In this document: piece after piece, positions 48,110 to 64,000 of the stretch
Layout: each line of letters begins with the position of its first letter
Numbering within the stretch: the stretch's first letter is position 1
Origin: Pocillopora damicornis
Lineage: Eukaryota
Direction of reading: 5' to 3'
Length of the DNA: 64,000 nucleotides
Assembly (NCBI RefSeq): GCF_003704095.1
Contig: NW_020843420.1
Location: 186,001-250,000 of the forward strand
Translations under genes and position numbers: made by a program
The notes under the pieces: generated by a model
Databases searched by the model: none
What the model saw: only the letters and a program-made list of their open reading frames with translations
Told to the model about the DNA's origin: nothing

Positions 48110-51100
48110 ATGGCTGAAAATCAGGTGAGCGGAACATGCTGAATAATAGCACTAGTGTTCACAACATGTGTTCGGCTTTTTTTTAGTTTGTCGGCAGTTC
48201 GCTTTTGATGTAGACTCACGACAAACAGTATCTAGCTGGTTGGAGAAGGAATTTCTATGAAATTTATACCAGTGTTGTATCGAGCGTTAGCCCTTTGTCA
48301 GAGCGAACTTCAGTTTTGAAACTCTTTACGATGGCCAATTTACGTTATCAACTCAGTTGATAATACCAAATTACCTTGTTGTACTCTCCCACCGACGCAG
48401 CAGTTCGCTTGTGATGCAGACTGGCGATAAAGAGCATCTGGCTGGTTGTAGAAGGCATTTCTATGAAATTTATTCTCAATAGTGATTCCCAGTCGACTTA
48501 AAAACAAAATTGTAACGCGCTAACGAACTTTCAAGTAAAACTTGTCTAGACCAGAGTTTTGCTGATGGACAATGGCGACGACTCAGCGTTGGGTGCAACC
48601 GAAAGAGATAATGAATCAAGTTACCTATGAAGAAAAAAAAAGAATAAACTATTTATGATTCTCTTTATAATAACAAGCTCCACGCTCCTTCAGTTTCAAA
48701 ACTGACGCTCGCTCTGACGAAGGGATAACGCACGAAAGGTCTGTCTTTGTTTGAAACTCTTTACGGTGACCAGTTTACCTTATTAACTCAGTCGCTAATA
48801 CTAAATTACCCTGTTGGACTCTTCCACTGATGCAGCAGCACTACTTTAGAAACTTACTCACTTTATCCACGCTCCTCCGACTGATAAAAGAAACACAATC
48901 CGCTATCAATAATAAGAACATTAATGCGTGGGGGAATTTGCATTTCTGAATTCCTTTACCTTGGAGGAGTCAAAACAGTAACTTTTGCGGTCGACTTTTT
49001 ACCTAAAATACTACTACAAATCATGGAGAAGCATGTGAGCCTCCTTTGGAATACAACGATTGGAAGAAAACACACTCTTTCAGAGGGACCCAGATAATTC
49101 AATCGAATGTTTATTTCTGTTCAGGAAAAAATTAAAATCAGAGAAACATTCCACACCATTCCAAGGTCAGTTACGCGGAAGATCGTGTCTTCAACATTTC
49201 AGTCCTGTCGCATCTGATGCTCTCAAGGGAGACATGATATCGCATTCGAACTAACTTTTGAAACTGATTAAATTATGAGTAGGTGGCGTACGATCGGCAG
49301 AAAAGTTGGCTAAAAACTTTACCAAAATTATGTAGTAAACATCTTTTGTGATAGATTACTGAACAGACAGGACGGCAACATAGAATCTAGTTGTTTTACT
49401 TTATAAAAAAAAATGGTTACGCCATTCATGCGTCTGTCTTTCTTTAATCATAACTAAGAAACAATAACAATGTATGATTAATTAAGGATGACACAACCAT
49501 TAGAGTGTATCAAGAAAAAGGAATAGGAATTCATAAAATAATAAGGTCCTATCACTTTTTCTTGATACGCTCTAATGGTTGTGTGTCATCCCTGTATACA
49601 GTGTATACAAAACCATAATTTCTTTCTAACTGTATAGAAGTTTTTTGTTTGTGTGGTCATGCGAAGCAATTAAACTTGAAATAGGATGTATGATTTAAGG
49701 AAGACATGATGAAATTCTTTAAAATCCACTTTCCATTCTGTTTCGTATCCTCCAAAAACCATTTCGGAGGCTGCACACATACGTTCACTTTCTCAAAGTC
49801 CTTTCCTGAATTAGCTGCGCAGTTGACTTACATGATTACAAGGGAAAAGTATTTATCTCGCTTTTTTTTGCAGGCCTTGTACCGTCAGTGTTTGTTACTC
49901 GATATCAAAGTGTTACGTGGAAGGAATATTACCCTGGGCACTTATTCTGATTGGGGTTAGTATTGTTCATTCAAAAACNNNNNNNNNNNNNNNNNNNNNN
50001 NNNNNNNNNNNNNNNNNNNNNNNNNNNNNNNNNNNNNNNNNNNNNNNNNNNNNNNNNNNNNNNNNNNNNNNNNNNNNNATGGCACGAAATCCTCCTCCTG
50101 AACCAAGAATAGCAATCGAGGGCACCTAATTATGATTAAACAAACTCTGTATGTCATCAAAGTAAGGTAATTTGGTATTACCAACTGAGTTAATAACGTA
50201 ATAACGTCATTCGCTATGACAAGGAGCTCACGCTCTAAACTCCAATTTTTTTGCGGGCCAATTTACGTTATCAACTCGGTTGATAATACCAAGTTATTCT
50301 GTATATCATCATTCTGGTATTTCCCAAATTTTTTAGTTCATTTTCCTCTCAGAATCTTTTTTGCCTTCTCTTTTGGTGTGTGGTGCATTTTACATTTTGT
50401 TAACTTAATTTCAAGAGTGTATTTACCTCATCAAGTTCTTTTGGTCCTCGTTCTCCGAGCAGTTTTTTCATTTCTGCAAAAACAACCTCTTTCCTCTTCC
50501 GACGAAAATCAGTTTCCTCGACACAAAGGTCCAGGCTGTACCTCATGTCCGTAGGTGCAGAGCTGATAGAAAAATATTAGGAAATATTTCATTTTTCTTT
50601 GAAATGGATAAAACGTAAATTAAGCTTCCATTTTGAAAACTGGTGTATTTTTTAAACTTAAATCGACGGAGAAGAGCTAACCGGTCGTATTGTCGAATAA
50701 ATCATTGTCATCAACATTATCTTTATCACTATGTTCATCATTATCATTACTATTATTGCTAAGACTATTATTATTACTATTTACATTATTAAGATTATTA
50801 CTTGGATTTTTCTTTCGGTAAAACTTTGGGTAATCCTGGAGAATTTGCTCGATATGCAATTTCATCACACCTTTATCAGTAGGAAAAAAATGAATATACA
50901 TTTCACAGCGCTTTACCCTCGCCATTCGTCAAGTGCGATGTTAACGGCGGGTAGCTTGTCCGACTTACACTGGAAATCATTAAGGATCACTGAGTTTTTC
51001 CCCCGAGAGATATATGGTGAAACTCCACACTAGCAAAAATTGTTGATGGTCTTACCATGTTTTAACTTTCATCTCTACATCAACCTCTGAGTTCTGGAAC

Positions 51101-54100
51101 ACAACATATAGTCGTGTCAATGAGAGTTTGAATGCTTCATCAGATTTGTTACACGAGTGACATGAAGGCTTAGCATTTGAGAAGAGTTATATCATACCTC
51201 TCTGAAGACAAATGTTTTCTGGTAAGTTTCATCGATTTTCAATGCACTTAAGTCAAATGACTTTGTGTCTACCAAATCGTCACTGAGTGTGTCTGACTCC
51301 ATTAAAGTTATTTCTGAGAAAAAAAGAAATTTTTAAGTTGACAAGTGAATGGGTCAAAACACATCAATGGAACTTATACGAACGGAATATTTCAGTGAGA
51401 TCAACAGTGGAATTGAAGATAACTTCTCCAGTTCCTGTTTTTTGATAAGATCTGGGAAAGGAAAAGCATTTCTCGGCTCTTAAAAGAACCTTGCGTTTTC
51501 AATTTGAACTGAAGCAACTAAATCTCGACTATATTTTAAGTTAAGTTTTAAGGTTCAATATGTTGTTTACCGAAGTGACCCAATAAATGATCAAGAAAAA
51601 TGCATCTTGTCTCACTCTCGTGTTCCAAATACCATAGGTTGCTTACCCAAAATGTTTTTCACATTTTGATCAAGGTAAAACTGCAATGTTTCTTCCCACA
51701 CAGGGTTAGCTGTGTTGTTTTTCACTTTGGTTCTCTTCTTGCCATTTGGCGCTGTTCTAATGAACAATTTTACGTAGGGATCCGGTGTATCCACTGAAAG
51801 ATAAAAATATTTTATTTTATCTGAGGGGGGGGGGAGGGGGGGTAACATATGCTGTGATTTTCTTGAACGAAAGTGAGCGCAGACAACTTTCGCCAATCAA
51901 TAAAACTGTCTCTCTGCCTCCGAGCTAATTACATGAAGAACATTGATTAGTTAGACAGTCCTCGGATGGAAAAATTTCATGAACTGNNNNNNNNNNNNNN
52001 NNNNNNNNNNNNNNNNNNNNNNNNNNNNNNNNNNNNNNNNNNNNNNNNNNNNNNNNNNNNNNNNNNNNNNNNNNNNNNNNNNNNNNTTCACAGATTTCTT
52101 TGGTTATCTGGTTGGAGAAACTATTCTGAAGGACGTAAGTACCCAGATCCCTCTCTTTCAAGCATCCTTGATACTTGCTCCTTCTCGAGGTGAGTTATAA
52201 TTAGACTGAAATAGGCCTAAGTTTTGATAAGTGTACTCCTGTGAAAATGTCGCGCACGCGCAACACCTTAATAACACCGTGCGAATACATCCCGCTTGCT
52301 TCCTAATGAGCATAACTTCGAAAATAGGTCTATTATTTGCGTTGTGCATAAATGCAAGCTACAATTGAAATCTTCTGGTATAAACTCCTAAATTAAGTCT
52401 TCTATTGTCCAACGAAACACATTTGATTATTACGCAAGTTTTGACATTTTCATTTCCTGCAATAATGTTCACAAGTTCATCATTTGAAAAAAAGAGTTTT
52501 ATTTCTATCGTGAGATCTCTTAAAATGTTCTCTATTATTTTAAAGCGGAAAAATGTTCCAAAATTGAGCGAACAGCGCCATGCAGTGAAAGACGCCGCGG
52601 TTCCAATGCCACTGTACACCTGTCTGCATGTAAAGAAGAACGAAGTTGCACAGAACTTTTGCGGTAAGAAAATCAGAAAGAATATTATTATTATTAAGGA
52701 GAACATACTGCCTAAGACTATTCACTCTCCTTAGTTCCTCTAATTACGCCCACATCAAAGATGGGTACCTTATAGCAGGTTAAAATAAATACATCTAAAT
52801 TCATCTTTCAATTATCATCTAAAACCCCTGGATAATCAAACATTTTGTGTACTGATAGATTGTTTCCTCTACCTGTAGAATGGCTCGAATTCAGCCCTTA
52901 TGAAGTAGGGATGACAAAATATGGCACGTTTATGAAGACTGAGAATTTTGGAAGCAAGTACTTTTGTGGGAAATTGGTAACACCTTACCCTGAGCCTCCA
53001 CTGCTTTACTTGCAAGGTAAGCACTGATCAAGCACAGCACGTGTCGTGGGATGTAAAATTCATTGGGCAAAAACTTACAACATCATCAAATTAAAATAAG
53101 GAGTTTGAGGGAGATTGTTTTCTTATACGTTTCGCGATTAGTTTTCTTTTAATTGAAGTAAGTAGCTGAAGTTTCTCTCTTTACTTTGACGCTGATGCAA
53201 AAGGTGAAAACACTTAGAATTTATCATGTTATTGTCATACGTTCATATATACAAGGCTAAAAAGATATGCACCATTTCGCTTTCTTTCTAGGCATCTGGG
53301 GTAGTGCTTTCACCATTATGCTTCAGCGAGTTCTGAACGAAGGCCAGTCACCGACCGACACAGTAAAAAACATGAGCAACTCTGGCGACTTGAGACAAGA
53401 GTTACGTAAGTAATTATTGTCTGGTCATTTGTTAAGAGGATTTAGACAAGTTTACGTACATACTAATTGGCAACTTGTCCTATCTTTTCCTCAATAGAGA
53501 CAGATGTTTCAATCGACCCCATGAGTGAGGACGAAGAAAGCGACGATGAAATGGACATCGGTGCTATGGATGGGAAGGATTTGAAAGATGAGGACTCTGG
53601 AGACCCAGGCTTCCTGAAGAGTATAGCGGAAAGCTTCGTGGAAAAAATATCCTTCCTTAAAACGCGATCTGGTCGAGCAGGCCTGGTGCACAACTTTTTA
53701 CGCGGCCTTCAATTGATGACCGCCCCCGTCCCTTCGGCCGGTGAGTAACCTGGTTAGTTTTATCTTCATTTTTTTATTTCTATCTTTTTTTTTTATTTCT
53801 TCAGTTATTATTTAATAGACTGCAATTTGCAGAGGGTGCTTAAAATTTTTATTGCAGTGTTACCTTCAAAGTATTCTTTAATGACATTAAGCCAAGTTAA
53901 TACCCCCCACCCCACCAACGCAACACCACAGTTTCTGTGGAAAGTTACCCCTTTTACCTATGATACTACTTGTTTGTTTGTTTTTTTTTTACAGAAGTTA
54001 AAGAGGTTGCTGACACCGCTGACCATTTAGCTGTTAAGGCTAAACGCATTTACTTGGTTGACAGCGGGCTCTTGTTCAATTCACCATATCCGCCTCTACT

Positions 54101-55444
54101 CAGACCTCAGCGGAATGTCGACATTTTTCTGTCATTTGACTTCAGTGCTCGAGAGAAGGACAACGAGCTTTCTTTCAATGTAATTGAGCAGATTTAATTG
54201 TTTTATTTTTATTATTATTATTATTATTATTATTAGTATCATTATTATTATTAAGTTGATGAGATTTATGACAGGGAGTGTATACTACCGCGTTCGATCG
54301 ACAAAGTCTAATCAGGGATCCCTCCGCCTGGTTCATCCGTGGTTTAATGAAAACAAATACTGAATTTTCGACACTTAACCCTTTAACTCCTATGAAGGAC
54401 TAAAACAGAATTCCTGTTTTTAATATCAGGGAGACAAGTGATGAGAATAATGAAAAGCTATCAATTATGGGATTAAAAGTTGATCCAATATCAAATTCTC
54501 CAAACTAACGACACAAGCATCGCGTGGCAGGTAGAAAGGAGAAATACCAATGAGATCTTGGGAGTGAAAGGGTCAAGGAAAGGCTAACTTATTTATCTTT
54601 TTCCTCGTAGGAATTATTATATTTGGAACCATAATTTGCACCTACAAAATCTAGCTTAAGTTCTCAGCTCAGGGATTGAACTATTAAATTCAGTCCCATC
54701 CAACTCATATTTCGCTTTTTTAGGAGCTGTATTTGGCAGAGCAATGGGCAAAAGCAAACAATTTGAAGTTCCCTCCAATTAACGCCAAGGAACAGTTGGA
54801 AACGGACGGAATCAAAGAGTATTACGTGTTCACAGATCCCGCGGATCCTACCTGTCCAGTTGTGGTGCATTTTCCTCTCGTCAACAAAACTTTCAAGGAA
54901 CAAAGCAAACCAGGTTTCTGCGGATATTTGACTTATAGTTATGTGTAAATTAGTGATTTTTCACAAGGTTCAAAGCTGCGTTTGCTTTTGTTTCCTCCTT
55001 TTTTCCTCATAACGCTTATTTTTTCTCCGCACCAATTGCACCCTCGATCAGTGACGGCTAAATGAATCTGAAATTATTTTGTCGACTCACCATAGATTTT
55101 TCATGTTGAAGCGGGACCGCAGTTCGTTCTCCTATCTTAGGCAATGTACGTCCTTTCTTCTCCGAAAATCTTTGTAGGCACATCGGATTATACGAACTAG
55201 CGCTGAACGCCTTACATTGTTTTATTTATCCTCAGGAGTTCCTCGCAAAACTGCCGAAGAAAAGGAGTTTGCAAAGTTCTCCGTGTTTGAAGATCCTGAT
55301 AACTATTACAGCACGTTCAACTTTCATTATCCTACAAAGCCTTTTGATCGTCTGTCAGCATTGACAGAATTCAACACTCTGTTGGGTGAGCAGGCCATCA
55401 AGGACGTCATAGCTGACTGTGTGACGAAGAGACGGGGAAAGTAA
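48110..55444 (+). CDS. PLA2G4A: Cytosolic phospholipase A2 copy B (tandem paralog; gapped assembly, exons 3-7 on a flipped contig)
   Basis: Plus-strand exons 48110-48124 (MAENQ, tentative), 49874-49955, 52087-52134 (end of exon 8), 52546-52663, 52879-53016, 53292-53405, 53498-53740, 53995-54179, 54724-54913, 55236-55444. Minus-strand exons 51647-51793, 51198-51313, 51056-51093, 50427-50562 and partial 50079-50125; the four complete ones have the same lengths as copy A exons 3-6. No stops or frameshifts seen. Confidence 0.85.
48280..48400. repeat. Family-1 hammerhead repeat with inverted core, flanked by a diverged direct duplication of about 75 bp
   Basis: TCGAGCGTTAGCCCTTTGTCAGAGCGAA (antisense core) plus the sense tail. 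Flanks about 48195-48268 and 48400-48473 are similar direct copies. Confidence 0.7.
48690..48865 (+). mobile_element. Family-1 hammerhead repeat, 176 bp, with 11-bp target-site duplication
   Basis: TCCACGCTCCT at 48679-48689 and 48866-48876. Short inverted 5' piece TTTCAAAACTGACG, core GCTCTGACGAAGGGATAACGCACGAAAGGTC, and the full tail ending TTTAGAAACTTAC. Confidence 0.8.
49486..49591. repeat. Inverted repeat (arms of about 35 bp), MITE-like
   Basis: GGATGACACAACCATTAGAGTGTATCAAGAAAAAG ... CTTTTTCTTGATACGCTCTAATGGTTGTGTGTCATCC. Confidence 0.8.
50079..51986 (-). other. Contig inverted between two 100-N gaps (49979-50078, 51987-52086), carrying cPLA2-B exons 3-7
   Basis: Exon order and strand are reversed relative to the flanking exons, and both breakpoints coincide with gaps. 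Confidence 0.9.
54379..54572 (+). mobile_element. piggyBac-like MITE (CCC...GGG termini, TTAA/TCAA flanks)
   Basis: TTAA|CCCTTTAACTCC ... GGAGTGAAAGGG|TCAA. Homologous, in opposite orientation, to 55904-56099. Confidence 0.7.
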
Positions 55445-55903
55445 CTCAATGTGCGGCCTACGGATGTACGCAAAATTCATGACTGTGGATGGCGAGGAAG
55501 GACTCGAGTGAAGAACTGCAATTTTTTCAGTTAGGGATAACAGTGGTGAAAATCGCTATTGAGGTGTCGGGCTTATTCTAATCAGTGTATGTAATTGGAC
55601 AGCGTTTAAGTTAGGGTCATACTTAACTGAGGGAATAGGACTAGAAAGCGTAAGTAGGAACCAATTAAGCTCATTTTCATGTACTGTACACCATATTTCT
55701 GTATTAAGTTGTCTGCTATCGTATCTAAGTTGAGGTGAAGGGTGTGATGAGGGTTTTAATGATAAGAAATCTCTTACGGTGTGTCTTATCAATAAAAGGT
55801 AATTCAGGAAAATTAATTGAAGTAACATAGGAATGGAAAATGGCATTTTTCTCTTATGTGACGACACTAACTGACAATAAGTCGAGTAAAATTTCCCAAT
55901 TAT

Positions 55904-56099
55904 CGCTTTCACTCCCGAGATCTCATTAACAATCCTTCTTACTGTCTGTCCTACAATTCTTGTGTTAGTTTGGAGAACTTGATATTGGATGAACTAATAA
56001 TCCCCTAATTGATCTATTTTTTCTTGGCACTTGTCTGCTTAATTTTTCGCTGAGATTGTAAGGGAAATTTTGTCTTGGTCACTCATGGGAGTTAAAGGG
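55904..56099 (-). mobile_element. piggyBac-like MITE, second copy, TTAT flanking duplication
   Basis: TTAT|CGCTTTCACTCCCGAGATCTC ... GGGAGTTAAAGGG|TTAT. Confidence 0.7.
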
Positions 56100-56415
56100 T
56101 TATCGGAAATATTTTTCCCACATCAAACCTCGATAAAGTTAAATGTCTCCAATTTAAACTGGAACACATCTTTTGCTCTGACAAATGGCGACAGATATCG
56201 CAATTCAACGAAGTCTATTTCATAAACATTTCATTATCACAATCGTTAGCAATACAGAACTGATTTCAACAATTTCACACTTTAACCATCGGATTCATTA
56301 GCACACTGACTACAAGGATAAAACAGAACTGAGATTGTCAAACAAGACAACTGCCATATCGTTCAATATTGCCAGGACGTTTATGAACCCGCAAACAAAT
56401 TTTTAAATGGTTGCA

Positions 56416-62292
<5,877 letters not shown>

Positions 62293-63539
62293 CTTTACAA
62301 GAGGCCTGGAAAATATATATCACTTCAATATTCCAGTATAAAAAGTTCACTTGACTTATCTATATCACAAGCTTCCCTGCATGTAAATCTCTAGTTTGAT
62401 TATGTTTGACTTTGAGAGTATTATGGCCTGAGCACACAAGGCAAATTTTTGCTTATCTTGCAAAGAGATTTGTCATCAGTTCAGTGAGACAAATGCACCT
62501 AATGATTTTTTATTCTACCAAATTTTTACAAGCCTTACCAATCTTCAAAGACACTGCTGTCACACCCTGTAGTAAGACAAATTTTTGCCAGGCATGAAAT
62601 CTAACAGAATTTTCAATTTACAAACCACAATTTAAAGGAATACCTCAATCAAGAAAATTTGATCCTACTTATTAAATGTGAGTCTTTCTGGCAGATTCTG
62701 CCAAATTTATAATTTAATAATTTTTAGCAATCAAACGGTGCAGATGGAAGATTTGTACCTCAGGATGCTGCATGGTGATCAGTACTGAGGATACTCATAA
62801 TACAACTATAATGGCTCCCAAGTTTTCATTTTTAAAAGCTAAATCTCAAGGTACAGGTACTACTCGATTTATTGATGCATAAAATTGACATCAGGTGGTT
62901 AACAAATATTTTGCTGTTTTTCAGTGCACCTGTCATTGACAAATTGAAAACTTGGGGGAAACAGATTTTTTGTGGAGCAAAACAAATTTTGTCAGCCCAA
63001 TGCACCTTGGTACCTAACCTCTAAACCGCTCCCTGCAAGATCATCTATAACTACTGACAGGGTCATTCAGAACAAAACTGTCTTGAAAAACCACCTTTAA
63101 ATGATGTCTGCCACAATATCCTGATTTTTTTTTAATACATAATAGATTAATTTCCTTGAGTGTAAAATACTAAGTAATGAAAATAAGTCAACTTAACAGA
63201 CAATCCTCAATAGGAATTTTTCGATCTCGCCTTGCGACTTTTCCAGCAATTTTTTCCTACGGTACATTTACGATTAATCCGTCGCATATTGTATACTGGA
63301 CTTGTTAGTTACGTTAGATGTCATCGAATGCTTGAATCAATGCAAATAAACACAAGGCGAAGTTTAGCACAATTAAATATTAGCAGGTCTGGGCGGACGG
63401 AACTAATCGAAGATTCTCTGCCAGGTTGCCAAATGTCTACAACATGAAGACCCCGTCTGAAAACTACGGTAGGGCTCATCAAACATTCTATGTCACTAGA
63501 AAAACGGTAACTCTGATTCAGTGTTAGTATTCAAAGAAA

Positions 63540-63740
63540 CCTACCTTAAGACTCACCCAAAATGTTGTGATGGGATGTGTTCTATTAGTATAAAACTTGA
63601 GAGACCGTTTAAAAGTGTAGATCGAGCATGCTCGTTTGGCGCCTATATCTCCCATTGAATCATGGGATATGTATTGGCCCTGCTAAAACAAATATGGCGG
63701 CTGTCACATGAGCGACCTCAACCTTCCTGACTGTAAGGTA
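63540..63740. promoter_or_regulatory. Probable bidirectional promoter between katanin and the next gene
   Basis: Minus-strand donor-like sites (CTCACC, CTACC) at 63541-63557, a plus-strand AATATGGCGGCT motif at about 63691 and a donor AG|GTAATT at about 63737. Confidence 0.45.
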
Positions 63741-63983
63741 ATTTTGAGCTTTCAAAGTGATTGTAAATATCTCAAGAACAGAGAAACAACTTTTATTGAC
63801 CACGATATTAATTTTCGGGGGTCTTCTAACTCATCCTACAAAAAATTTGGATTAGTCATTGCGGATGCATGAGTAGACAATCTACTTTCGATTCAACCTC
63901 CTCTGTGGCGAAAGAAGTAAAACAGATTTGATATTTGAGGTAACTAACCATGGCTTTGCACTTTGTTTTCTAGAAGATTTAAA

Positions 63984-64000
63984 ATGGACGACGAAGACGA
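63984..64000 (+). CDS. Possible start of a gene running off the window (MDDED...)
   Basis: AAAATGG Kozak-like start just after a TTTTCTAG acceptor (63973). Only 5 full codons are visible. Confidence 0.4.

Noticed and set aside
50677-51033. N/D-rich and I/T-rich ORFs
   Set aside because: Translations of an intronic (ATT/ATC)n low-complexity tract.
49917-52200. ORFs spanning N-runs, and an apparent antisense C2-domain gene
   Set aside because: Artefacts of the gaps and the flipped contig.

Overview
Intron-rich, AT-rich animal genomic DNA from a draft scaffold with four N-gaps. The gene set and repeat families suggest an anthozoan such as a stony coral (inference). Exon-by-exon reading gives in-frame models for PNISR (+), a two-exon uncharacterised gene (+), DNA polymerase theta POLQ (+, 14 exons, one GC-AG intron), a single-exon class A GPCR (-), a FAM162/HGTD-P-like mitochondrial protein (+), two tandem cytosolic phospholipase A2 (PLA2G4A-like) genes (+) and katanin p60 (-). 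The start of a head-to-head gene lies at the window end. The second cPLA2 copy has exons 3-7 on a contig that is flipped between gaps. Non-coding space holds a deleted Merlin (IS1595-like DDE) transposon with its derived MITEs, piggyBac-like and other MITEs, and many short Penelope-like repeats with decayed minimal hammerhead-ribozyme cores, several of them in fold-back arrangement. The most notable items are the hammerhead repeat family, an EPO-type HRE-N8-CACAG plus CRE module upstream of FAM162, the Merlin-to-MITE derivation, signs of gene conversion between the cPLA2 paralogs, and a tandemly duplicated splice donor in katanin. I found no prokaryote-type systems, CRISPR arrays, rRNA or convincing tRNA genes. 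All homology calls come from recognising motifs by eye; no database search was run.
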